DNA of 64,000 bases, taken from positions 1,036,604 to 1,100,603 of the forward strand of contig JAAOMT010000226.1 of assembly GCA_016748015.1 (NCBI GenBank), given 5' to 3'. Below the pieces are notes generated by a model, which saw only the letters and a list, made by a program, of their open reading frames with translations, was not told where the DNA came from and searched no databases. The DNA is from Geosiphon pyriformis uo1 (lineage: Eukaryota > Fungi > Glomeromycota). Shown here in pieces: positions 26,301 through 38,794 of the stretch. How positions within the stretch are numbered: the first letter of the stretch is position 1; each line of letters starts with the position of its first letter. The position numbers and the translations under genes are program-made.

Positions 26301-28020
26301 TAGAGTCAGCTCTTCAAACAACTTTTTGGCAGGTGTGGTTTGTATTTTTTCTGGGTGTGATTTGTTTTTGGGTGGCTCTCTGGCTGGTGCTTTTCATCTT
26401 CAGAGCGGTATTCCTATGTCTCTAGTTCTCGGCAAGACAATTTTCTTCAAATGTGTCTCTTTCCTCAAGCATTATGGTATTGCTTTCATAGAACAGCTTT
26501 GTGACCAGAATGGCATTGTTTTTGATTGGAAGACTTTTAAATATTGAAAAAGACTGGACCCTTGTGGCCTGGTTGCCTCTTGATTTGATCTCTTTGTATG
26601 TTTTCTTGGTGGTGTAGCTTCTCCTTCTGGTTATTTTCTTCATGAGGGTGTTTGTGGCTCTTTTGACATCTGTCAGTCTCTTGGTTTTGGTGCTATTTGT
26701 AATAATTTGCTGAATGTTGGTGCCACCTGCCTTTCTGTGTACACAGATGGATCTTTGAGTAACTTGGGCACTGTTGATATATTGGCTGGTGCTATGGCTT
26801 TCTTTGAGGACATTGATTCGGGTCTGGGTGTGGGGGTTTTTGATTTGGTTTCTTCTACTTTGGTGAAGTTGTAGGCTATTGCTTTAGCTCTTGAGTGTGT
26901 TTCTTCTTTTTGTTTGGTTGACTTGTTTTTGGACAGCCAGGTGGCTATAAATGCTTGCAGGTCAGAGTCTTTATCAGTTGGCCCTGATTTCAGGAATTGT
27001 TGTTGGATTAAGTGTTATCACATCGCCAATGTCATTCATCACAAAAATTTGAATGTTAATTGGATTAAGATTAAGGGCCATTCAGGTGTTTCAGGCAATA
27101 AGCGTGCTGATGCATTGGCTAAAAATGCTGCTCTTTCTGCCTGGCACCTGTCCCACTTGGTCAATAAGAGGTTTTTGAAGGCTGGTGTTGATACGGTTTC
27201 TGGTAATTCAAGGCATTTTGTTCATGATGTATTCAGATCAATTCATCACGCGCACTGAAAGGTTGGTTCTGGTTCCTGGGTTGTTCCAAGTTGTTTGCAT
27301 GCTAATATTGACTGGTTGAGGTCTTCTCTGGTGTGGCACCTGGATTCTCATATGGTGACTGGTTTTACTAATATTCGAATGGCCAGCTTTCATACATATT
27401 TCATGAAAGCCCTTTATCATCGCCTTCCTGTTGCTGTGCAAAAGCATCTGTATAATAGGGATTATTCCAGTGTAGTTTGTTTGTTCTGTAATAAAGTTGA
27501 AGTCTCAGACCATGTTTTTTTTTGTTCTTCTGATGCTGGTAGTCATGCCAGTTTGTTGGACACTTATACAGCTGCCTGAGAGGTGTGTTCTGATCTGTTT
27601 TGTTCTTTTTCATGCATATTGCAATTGTTGTCGACTTGCATTTCAGATGTGACTGTCAGTATAGCCCTGTGTAAGGGCTTTGTTTTTGGCAATTGGTATT
27701 GTGAATCTGTTTCTGTTTACAAGGATCCTAAGGTAGCAGTGATTAATGTTGTAAATTTTGTACATGAGTTTTGTCTTGCATTTCGTAATAATATCTGGCT
27801 GGTCCGTGTGAAACACTGGGCCATTATGGAGAAGAATAAGCTAATTGCACATGATGGTTCTATTTCTGTTGCTGTTTCTGGTTTTTCTACGTGGCTTTCG
27901 GCTGGGGTGGTTAGATTGTTGGGTGTTGTTAATGTGCTTGGCATCAGTTTTGGATATCGTAAGCATTGTTTGTTTTATGCAGGTGTTGGTAACATAATTT
28001 CTGTTCATATAAGTGTGTAG
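23343..28020 (+). pseudogene. LINE ORF2 (EN-RT-RNase H-CCHC)
   Basis: EN: GGNFN, TIDYVF, TDH. RT: PIAL, DMHKAYDSV, QGE, FVDD. RNase H: VYTDGS, KGHSGVSGNKRADALA. Zn finger: CLFC..DHVFFC. Contains many stops. Confidence 0.9.
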
Positions 28021-28764
28021 TGTTGTTCTAACTAGTCTGAGTGTCTGGTCATGTGTAGCAAAGGCATGATTTATACTTAGTTTAGATTATTTGTATGATG
28101 TATAGCACTAGGTGGCATTTGGACTTTACTCATTAAACTTTAATAAAAGAAAAAATAATTAAATTAAGATTTTTAATATTAATATACCAAAAAACAATTT
28201 TGTAATAACACTTATAACTTTATTAAAAATACTTAAAACATTTTTAATTTTGTTAGAAAAACATTTAAAAAAAATATTATATAAAATTATAATAATAAAA
28301 ACACTACAAAAAACTTTATAATTTTAAAAATAGTAAAAAAAAACAATTAGTACACAAATTTAAACAATAATATCTAAAAAAACTTATAATACAAACTTTA
28401 TACAAAAAAGCTTAATATTATTCTTAATAATTAACTTTAAATTAATAAAATTATGTAAAAATTAAAAAACAGTTTTAATATAAGTTAACTCAATTTTTAT
28501 AATTTTATTATATACTAAAATAATAATTATTTATTTAGAAAACTTTTAATAATTTATATTATTTTTTAGATATTATTAAAATTAATAATATTTTTAAAAA
28601 ACAGAAAAAAAAAGTGTGTTTTAATTTATTTAATTAAATTTTTAAGATTAAATAACTTAATAAGTTAGTTAATAAAAGTTATAAAATTCAGAATTTAATA
28701 AAGTTCAGAATCCCAATACTTTCTCTTTAAAAAATAGTTTTTTATAACTTAGAAAAAATAGAAA

Positions 28765-31532
28765 AAAACTTTTTTCTCTTCTCCTTTCCAAATATCTCTG
28801 AAAGAGCATTTTTTCAAAAAAAAAGTTTTTTTATTTTTTCTTGCTATCTTTTATAAACATTTCTCAATTAAATAATCCTTTTGTGATAAACCTGGCTGTT
28901 GCTTTAAGAAGTGCTATGTCTAAAAAGAAGACTCTTAAAAGAGTTTTTCATGGTCTTTTTGGGGTTTTATTTTTCCAAAAGAAGAAAGTTTTTGTTGATA
29001 ATATTAAGCATTCTGGAGATGAAAAAGATATCTCTTTGGTCAAATCTGTTACTAATAGTAATATGTATTCAGATATGGACAGTGTATCTGGTAATAATAG
29101 AGATGATGATATTTTTTTAGGTGTTAATGATGACTCTCTTTTTGGTTTGGTGGCAAATACTTCTAAAGCTAAGAAAATTAATACTGGTCTGGTTTGTGGC
29201 TCCCCTCTTGGCTCAATCAATTATAACATAAATAAAAACAATGGGCCTCTCTCTCTTGATAGAAAGTGGGTTGACCTGAAAATTATCAAAACTCAGGTCG
29301 AAGTGTTCATCAAAAAGTCTTTTGCTCTTGATATTAATCTTAGTGCTGTGAAAGAAAAATCAGCAACAGCCAAGACTCAACTCATCAAAAAAATTTTTTG
29401 ACTAAAATAATCAAAATTCTTTTAAACTATAATATTATCTTAGTAATTTTTTTGTTTTAGTATTTTTTAATTTTAATAATATTTTTATATTTGATATTTT
29501 GAATCTAATTATGTATTATAAAGTAATTAATTTTTTAAGAAGATTTAATATTGCTTTTAATAAATATTTATTTAATAAGTATAATCAAATTTTTAAATAA
29601 AAAACTTTTATATTTTAATAGTTTATTATTACTATTTAATTTTTCTAAAACAAAAATTTATATTTAGCTGTTTTACTTTTTGATTATGACTTAAATAATT
29701 AAAATATTCTTAAATTATATAGTTTATATATAATTAAAAAATGTTTAGTAAAAACAAATTTATTTGTTATTAATGTTTTTATAAATAACTTATTAAAAAA
29801 TTAGGGTTTTTATAATATGTCTAATAAAACTGTTGTATTTTTTAAGACTTGAATTTAAGTATAAGTGTTAATATTTTTGGCTTGGTTTTATTAATATTAA
29901 TTATATTATAAATTATTTTTTGGCTTTTAAATATTATTACCAAAGATTTTTTTTTCTTAATATTATTAATATTATTTTTTTGTTAATTCTGTTATTAATA
30001 AAAGCTAATAAATTTTTAATAAGTTAATTTTTTTTTAAAGTATCTTTTTATATTTTAAATTATATATATGTGTCTGTTTGTAAATGTCTTTCTCAAGTTA
30101 ATACTGATAGTTTGTTTATATATACAAATGAGTCTCTAAAAGAGTTGGGCACAGTTGGCTATAAGGCTGGTGCTGCTGCTTTTTTCAAAGACATTAATTT
30201 GGGTTTAGGCATCAATGTGTCAAAGTTGATGTCATCTACTTTGGTTGAAATACAAGCTATTGCATTGGCCTTGGAGTGTGTTCTCCCATCTAGTTCTGTT
30301 TACCTGTACTCAAATAGTCAGTCTGTTTTGGATGCTTATAGATTGGAATTGGATTTGGTTCATCCTAATTTTCATAATCAGTATTGAATTGAACATCAAC
30401 ATGTTATTAATATTATTTGTGATAGGAATCTAAGGGTTAGTTAGCACAAGATAAAGAGTCACTCTGGCATTTTAGAAAATAAGTGTGCCAACATATTCAC
30501 TGATGCCATTTTTCTCTCCAGTCAGTTTTTTCCCTCCCACTTAAGTGAATGTTTTTTGATGGCTGATAGTGGTATTGTTTTTGGTAATTCTCAACACTTT
30601 GTTCATAATGTTTTTTATTCTGTTTGTTGTGTATATTGAGAAGTCAGTTCTGGTTCTAAGTTTTTGGTAAGTAGTTTGCTTTTTGAGTTTAATTGGCTCT
30701 ATTTTTTATTGATGTGACATCTTAATTTGCACATGACTGCTGGTTTTATTAGCAGACTCTCAGCTAATGCACATATTTATTTCATAAAGGCTTTGTATTA
30801 TTGTCTGTTTGTAGTCATTCAGAAGCACCTTTATAATAGATTCTATCCTAGTGTTTTATGCTTATATTGTGGTAAAGTAGAGATGTTAAATCATGTGTTT
30901 TCTTGTAAAGTTGATGATCCTGTTTGACATTAGTTGTTGAACTCTCATGTAAATTCTTGGAATTTGCTTTCTGGTTTTTTACATTTTTCTTCTAGTGTGT
31001 TGCAGTTGTTGTTATCCTGTGTCTCTGGTTTCTTTGTGTTTATGGCTTTTTATAAGGGCTTTGTCTTTGATGGTTAGTTTTGTGAAACTGTGTCCATCTT
31101 CTGTAATCCCAAAATTGCTAGTTTGAAAGTTGTTAGATTTGTGTACTTTCTTAGTTTTGTTTTTTAAGAGGATATCTGATTGGTTTGTGTTAAATACTAT
31201 GCCTATATGGAAAAAAATGAGTTGATTCTTCTTGACAGTTCAGTCCCCATTTTGGTTTCTGGTTTGGCTTTGGAATTTTCTGCTAGTGTGGTTAAATTAC
31301 TCAACATTAATAAGGCTTTTGGTGTGCATTTTGGCTTTCACCAGTCTAGTTACTTTTTTTCTGGCATAAGTAATCTGGTTTCAGTTCATATAGCTGCATA
31401 GTGTTGTTCTAATTAACCCAAGTAGTTGGTTATGTGTAGAAAGTACATAATTCACACCTAGTATAGATTATTTCTTTAATATACGGAACTAGGCAGTGTT
31501 TAGATCTCACTCATTAAGCAATAAAAAAAAAT
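28765..31532 (+). mobile_element. Composite LINE relic (5' end and ORF1 start; older AT-eroded ORF2 piece; RNase H to 3' end)
   Basis: ORF1 homology KKSFALDINL at about 29320. Eroded RNase H at about 29750-29940, a second RNase H at 30110-30500, then the conserved 3' UTR and A tail. Confidence 0.8.
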
Positions 31533-31599
31533 CATATATATTGTTAAATTTATAATAGAATAACCAATTTTGTACCAATTATCTATAAAAAGTTAAATT

Positions 31600-31750
31600 T
31601 TTTAAATAATGTGTAGTTACTTTGCAATAAAAGTTAATTTTTTACAAAAAAGTTTTATCTATAAGTTTTCCAAATAATATATAGTTATTTCGCAGTAATA
31701 ATCAACTTTTTTACAAAAAATTTTGACTATAAACTACTCAAATAATATAA
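31600..31750 (+). repeat. Degenerate tandem repeat, unit about 70 bp
   Basis: The unit aaataat(g/a)t(g/a)tagtta..ttttttacaaaaaa.tttt..ctataa occurs twice, followed by the start of a third copy. Confidence 0.6.
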
Positions 31751-31932
31751 AAAAAAACAAAAAAAACAAAAAAAGTATTTAAAGTTGTTTTAAATTCAGA
31801 TCTAAAAATTATTAATAATTACTAAAATTAATAGCTAATTAATCTCAGAATATTAGTATAAAATAATTAATTTTAAAATAATAATAATTTAAAAAATTGA
31901 ATTATTTAAAATAAATTTATTAAATTAAAGAT

Positions 31933-34900
31933 AATTTAATTTGCAGATCAGTTATAATCAGGTGTGTAATATATAGTAAAATTTATGTAGATCTATTATT
32001 AAAGGCACCAAATACTAGTTTTTTATGCTATTAGCAGCTACTGCATTGATCAAAGCAATTAGTAATACAAATATATGGACCTCTGCAAAAATGGTAAATA
32101 AAGATACATGTACAAGATAATAGCAATTCTGCTTTTTTTTATGGCTTTTGTTATGTAGAAAACCAGTATTTTTGCCTCTATTTATATAGTAAAAATTATC
32201 AATATTCAATGATTCAAAATTTTTACAGTCAGTAATATGTCTTTTTTTGGAGAAAGTATAAAAGCTTACAAAGATCTTATAACTATAGCATACTTTATTG
32301 GCTTTATTACATCTATACTCTTTTTTCTGTTGAGCAAACTAGAGTTAATTGAAGTGTTTTTTTGTTATAATTTGGCAGTTGTTTGTCAAGCTTACATAGG
32401 AAAGTAATTAACTACACCTCTATTTATTGTTTTATCATCTTGATTAATATGTTCAACAGTTTTTTTACAGAAACAATATGACCAAAAATAAAAAAACTGA
32501 AACATAGTAAGAATAATATCAATTTTGCAGGTGGTTTTTCTTATTATTCATTTTTTATAACTATTGTATCTTCTAAAAAACTTTTAGCTCTACTAATTTT
32601 TAACATTTGTCATGCTTGTTTATTTGTAGTATTTTTAAAAGCACAAGAAAATCTCCCAATCTAATTTTAAATCATATTCACTTTTAAAATGTTTTTTTGT
32701 ACAATTTTTCTTGATTTTACAAATCTCATAAGTTCAACTTGCATTTTTTTTGCTGACATATGATCTTGAAGATTTGAATTTCTGTTTATAAAAAAACTTT
32801 ACAACAACATATTTATCTTTTTTGACATATGTTTTCCTTTTTTTTTTACTTATTTTTTGATTATGTTTTAGTGCCCATCTTTTTAGTAGTAAGTATTTTT
32901 GATTGATTAGGCTATAATTCTTTTGATTAAAATTCTATATAAGACTTTGTGAACATAATAAAGAGACTTACCTTAGGCTAAAAGCAGTGACATTTTAATT
33001 TATATTTTACAAATGTAAGGTTGATATCAAACAATCTTATTATTTTATTTAGAATTAATTTAAAAAAACACACTGACCTCATAATCTTTTTTTGGCCTCT
33101 CTAATAATCAGTTCTATTATTGATTAATTTCTAATATCATCTACTTTTTGAGTATTCTCTAATTAAATTTAATGATAATATTGGTATTATTTATATTATA
33201 GTTGCTACAAATAATTTTCAGATTAGATCTACTTGAAATTTGTGGTATTTATATCTTTCAATCAATGAAATTTTTAGTATGCTCTAAAAAAGAAGGTTTT
33301 GATCTAACAATCTCTGTATTACATAAATTTGTTACAACTGCTGGTGAATAATTCTCTCAATCACTAATATGTGAAAGTGGCCACATGTAAATATAATCTG
33401 CCAGTGGTTTTTCAGTAGGCCATTCTCAATAATAATACTTGGAAATTTCTGGTATAGTTTTTATAAACACTTTTTTTCTCTTGTTTTTCACTTTTATTTG
33501 ATCACAATTTGGTTCTATATTTGCAAAAAAGGTGCTAACAAGATTTTGACTGGCTTTTATGATGTTATTATCTTCTGTGATATTAAATTCAATTTGTATA
33601 TATTGTTTAATTATATGGGCAATTTAGATAAAATTAGTATAAGTAAAGAAATAATATAATCTAGCTTTATATTTACTTACTGAGACATAATGTGAATCTA
33701 TTATAGTCTTTGCTTTACCTGGTTTGAGAAACTGCTAACTTAGTGCTTGGATATTATACCATTCAAACCAATAACTTATGATAGCCATAAGTTGAGAATT
33801 GTAATAATGAAGACTATTATCAGAAAGTATGTAAATTCATTTTGGTTTTTTTTGTATTGTTTTAAATACAGCTTCAAATAATAAAGCTGTAAACCAAGCA
33901 TTTTGCTTGGTATCTGTACTCCAGTGGTTATAAGCTCTAATAAACAATTTATTTTCACTAGGCTTTTTTATAAATACAAGAATTATATACAAGGTTTATT
34001 CTCATTTGCCAAAAAATGCTTCTTTGGTTTTCCTGACTGATTGAAATAATACTCATAATCTGCTATAATTATAGTACCATCTTTATCCAACTAATTTAAT
34101 GCAGTTTTGAATTGTGTATTTAGATAAACTTTTTTTGCTTGATGTGCAAAAAATATTGAAGTCTATTTCTAATTTCTGCATACTGTGAAAATTCATCTAA
34201 GCTGATATAAGGTTTTATGAATTTAAACAATTCAAAATGTTCTTGGTACTCTTGACAATGTAAAAAATATAATTCATTATATTCTCCAAAGGCATATAAC
34301 AAGTAATAATTAATACAATTATTGTGTGATATTGTACCATTAGTATTAACTGTTAATTCATTTTCATAAGTTTATTTCATATATTAGTATAGCTTTTTGA
34401 TATGTAACAAGACATTATTTTAAAAATTTAGGTAAGTAAATAATATTAATTATAAAACACAATATATTAAATCCGATTTCTTTGTTAATAAAAATTCTGT
34501 GCATCAGTTCTTTCAAATCTAAAAATGCTTCATAACTATAATCATTGTATGTTTAACACAAGCCACCCAGATTTTTACAATAACAAATGTGTATATTATT
34601 AGCCAATCATTTGATAAATAAAGTTTTTTTTATTCTGTTTAAGTAAGTTTTAGAAAATTTTTCTTACAAAGCTTTTTTTTGGTCTTTTATATACAAGACA
34701 GGCAAATTTGATTTTGAGTTTACTTTGTAAGAACTCATAATAACATTATTTTGGTCTAAAAAAAATTTAATAAATTGCAATTTTTTGATTTTAGGCATCT
34801 TTTAATAAATATACTTTGGTTTCTTAAAAAAAGATAATCCAGAACTATATAATCTTGCATGTTTTTTTGTGGTATTTATTGTATCTGATCTGATCTAATT

Positions 34901-37125
34901 TTATAATAAGTATTAAAATATAACATATTATAAAAATTTTGATTTTTTATCTTAAGCTATTGTTTTAATACTGAATAAGAAAACTTTTCTGCAATAATAG
35001 ACAAAATTTTAATCTTACTATACATTCTATTAATATTAAATTTATAAGTTAATCTAAAACTCTCCTAAAAAGTAACTATTTTTTTTAAATTATTAACAAT
35101 TATTAGTTCAGATAATATTATACATAAAAGCCTAGTATTATATAATGCTTTTAAAATATTTTTATCATAATCAGATGTATTTAATTTAATCCAAAATTTT
35201 ATGTTTGCTATTTTTTTACTATATGGAATAATTTCATAATATTTACAATTTTGAAACATGACTTATCAAACAAATAATTTTTTTTTTGATATAGTATAAT
35301 CTGACAAGTAAATTTTTTCCAATATTTTTAAAAATTGGACAATATTGCTCTTTTGATTATACCATTTATGAAACAAAGTCATTCAATCTAATATTTGCAT
35401 AGAGATTTTTCTTGACTTGATCTGTTCATCAAAAATGCGTTTCAGTATGTTTTCATTACTCCATTTATTTGGTATATATATAAATAATTTTTTATAATTC
35501 ATTGATTGGAATAAAGATTGTATATCAAGATGTTTAATACCAAAAAAGGTTTCTCTATTATATTTGGTAAGAATTCCTAATTTTTTCCAAATGTTGTTGA
35601 GTGTTTTGTCTTTAATTAATCTAATACATGTTTTATCTTAATATATATGTAAATAACAAGTAGACTTGTTAATTTTTTATACAATGAGTTATTGTTGTCC
35701 ACTTATTTTTGTCATTATTGTTGAGATATATTTTGTTTCTGCATTATAGTAATTTTTGAAAGATAAACACCCAATTGAATTAATAATAATTGTATGTTTG
35801 TTAACTTTCAGAAACAATGATACAAATAAAATATCTTTTGTTAATTTATTATTAAAACCAAGAATTAAAAGACTTAAGTATTCTGTCTTGACACCAAATA
35901 TACTTTGATACAAAGTATTAATTGTAATCAAAGATAAGTTTTTAATATTACTAGATTCTAAACCACTAGTACAAATAAAGCCAGGTTTTTGACAATTAGT
36001 TTGTTTTACTATTGTCATTATAAACTGTTATTTATTTAATTTAAAACCAATATGCATATACAGTTGGTAAGATATAGTAAAAACCTTATTTTCAAATTGT
36101 TTCTGAATTCACCAATTCCAAATAAACAAATCATAATGTGTTTCAGAAATAATAAAACCTTTGTTAAAAAGATTTACAGTGTATTGTTGACTTTAAGCCA
36201 TATTATGACAAATATTAAGAAAGACAAAACATTATTACAAGAGAGTTTTTTTGATATATTTAATTGTCAATATCCTGTTTTAATTGTAATTAGTTTCTCA
36301 TGAGTTCTTTAATTTTATGTGTTGGATATTAATGATAATATACTGAAGATTTTTTTTTGATGTTGTGATGTAAGTCTTCTTTTTAATTCTAGTTGTCTTT
36401 GTATGTTGTGTACTTCTTCTCAGAGGCTAATCTAAAATCTACCTGCTGTCTAGAGTCTTTTCTAAGACTATTCTTGCAATTGCCTGATGTGTTTCTCTAA
36501 TTTAGAAACATAGAATATTAATGGCTTTTTCACAATTTCTTTAAGTATATAATAAAGCTTTTTCAATTTAATTAGTAATCACATAAATAATTTTGATCAG
36601 AAATTATTCTTTCAAAGAGTTCAAAGATAAATGATAGTTTTATTCACTAGAGAGTATATGTGAATTCTATTGTTAATCTTGTAATTGTAATGTTAATTTA
36701 ATTTATTATTTTTCTTAATTCTTTTTGAATAAGATTTTATTTAGATATTTGTTGTTTCGAGTTGAAATTGTTTTGTTCTTCATTATTAAAAACTATTATA
36801 TATATATATAATTATTGTTTTACAAATAACATCTTATAATACTTTATTTTCATTATTTCTAAATAGTGCTTGCTGCTTTTGTGTAATAGTGCTTGCTGCT
36901 ATTGTAAAATAGTGCTTGCTGTTATTTGTAAGTTATTTCTTTTTATAAATTATTGCTATGCTATTTTATGATTGGCTAATTTATATTATTTATAATTCCT
37001 ATTAAATTCTTGAACTGTAACAATATTTAAAAACAAAGAAAAAACTATAATAAGTATAATCACTAAATTTGATTATTATTTGTTGATCATTTGAATTAGG
37101 TGATATCTAATCTGTAAATTAATTA
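31933..37125 (-). mobile_element. Decayed DNA transposon with short TIRs and intron-containing DDE-type transposase (possibly Sola-like)
   Basis: TIR-like ends: ttaatttgcagatcag versus ctaatctgtaaattaa. Minus-strand remnants include ADY..RKTKEAFFGK, AYNHWSTDTKQNAWFT, SDNSLHY and KPGKAKTIIDSH followed by a gtaagt donor. Confidence 0.6.
36233..37022 (-). mobile_element. Solo LTR of Gypsy family B inside the DNA transposon
   Basis: The reverse complement aligns to the LTR at 58267-59140 (tttctaaattagagaaacacatcaggcaattgcaag). Flanks are ACAT and ATAT. Confidence 0.85.
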
Positions 37126-37798
37126 TTATAATTTAATTATATTTGTGTTTTATATAAATTAAATTATTAATTAAATAATAATTTAAATAATTTAATAAAA
37201 TAATTATTAATAAATTAAAATAATAATTATATTAATTAATAATAAAAATTATAAAAATAATTTTATGTTAATTAATAATTTAAATTTCTGTTAATAATAA
37301 TATATATTAATATTTAATATATAAATATTTATTTAAATAATTAAATAATACTTAATATTTATATTTTTAAGTTGAATTTAGTATTAAATATTTATAATTA
37401 TTATTAAATAAAAAAAACCAATTTTTATGTTAAAATATTTCAATTATTTAGTCTATAATTAAAAATTACTTGGTATTATTAATAATAAAATTGAGAAAAA
37501 CTTCTTTCTATTTTGCATCCTAAATTTTTAAAAAAGTACATATTTTGAAAAAAGTTTTTGCTGTTTTGTTTTTATTTTGCTATTCAATTAGATATTTCCA
37601 AATTTTTTCTGTTTGAATACAAAGCTGCTAGTAGTAATAGTAATTTTGTTATAAAAGAGTCCAAAAAAAAGTTATTTTCTGATTCTGCTGTTGTTAACTC
37701 TTCTGCTAAGAAAAAGTGCAAAATGGTTTGCTGAAAAAATCTGTTACTATAATTGGTGCTTCTATGAAAGAAGCTATTGGTGTTTTAATTAAGCATGT

Positions 37799-38749
37799 TG
37801 TTACCAGACAAAATTAGAGATATTGCTTAGCATGAAATTACTCTTATAATTCTTATTATTAATTAGCATTTCAAATTATTACTTATTATATTAGCAAAAT
37901 ATCCGAAATTATCATTTAATTAATAACCCAATTTGTACATAACACAAATGTAACCTAATTGCAATGATCAATCATGCAATACCCTGAACTATGTAACATT
38001 CAAAAAGTTTGCCAAAATTTGTAGAAATTTGCCGAAATAATTAATAGTTCACAGAAATAACTTGTAGTTTGCCAAAATATATCTCTAGTTCAGCGAAATT
38101 AAAGAAAATAGCAAAGTTCAAGTTTATAGAATAGTGTTATGACAAGTTGTATAAAAAAAAAGCTTCTCTTTTTGAGAAAATGTATTTTACTTTAGATTTA
38201 TCACTTAGAACCATTCCTACATATACAAAAAGAAATAAATATCAAATAATTTAAAAAACCAAATTCTTTAATTATTGTACTTAAAAAATCCTCAAAACCC
38301 AACTAATGTTTTGAAATTGATTAGCTACCAATTTTGGTAAACTGTTAATAACTCCAGGCCTGAATAGAAAACGTTTCCTTTAATAAAATCCTATTTCTTT
38401 TACATTTCTTTTATTTTATTTTTTTTTTCTTATTACAATCATTAGGGTAGCCTACAGATAAGATTCCTGTAGAAGAGTTGACTTTCACAGCAAAGTAACT
38501 ACACATTTTTAGTGAGCTTCCAGATGAGCAATTTCTGGGAAAGAGTTGACATTTACTACAATGTAACTACATAAAGTAACTGGCAAGGAATTGGCCATTC
38601 CACTTATAAGTCCCAGCAGTTCAAATTATAGGAGATAATTTGAAGATAAATTCAGTTCCTGGAGGTCTAATCACATCCATAAAACGTGAATTCACAGCAA
38701 ACAGGTATCAACAACATTACAGAAAAGAGACTGAAAACCTCCAGTAACA
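37799..38749 (+). repeat. 5' LTR, family A
   Basis: Direct repeat of 46700-47669, lacking one internal repeat unit of about 21 bp. Confidence 0.95.
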
Positions 38750-38794
38750 TTTGGTGCTCTCTCACGGAAATAACACAGCAACAACAAATTCAAA

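Larger units (their letters stand above)
21405..28155 (+). mobile_element. Full-length non-LTR retrotransposon (LINE) with APE endonuclease, RT, RNase H and Zn finger; inactivated
   Basis: 5' end shared with copies at 28765, 37495 and 56043. Two ORFs overlap at ATGA (23343-23346). The element ends in a 3' UTR and A-rich tail. Confidence 0.92.

Noticed and set aside
28030-28130. Hammerhead ribozyme, tRNA or 5S origin of the LINE 3' structure
   Set aside because: No CUGANGA/GAAA core, no A/B boxes and no 5S similarity.
21395-28170. Possible LINE target-site duplication ataattaaa
   Set aside because: Low-complexity AT flanks make the match uninformative.
38000-38110. CRISPR-like array
   Set aside because: These are degenerate tandem units inside an LTR, with no unique spacers and no cas genes.
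38750-38770. Assignment of the primer tRNA for the PBS (tggtgctctc; family B tggtgaaccc)
   Set aside because: Cannot be assigned without the organism's tRNA set, and the sites are probably mutated.
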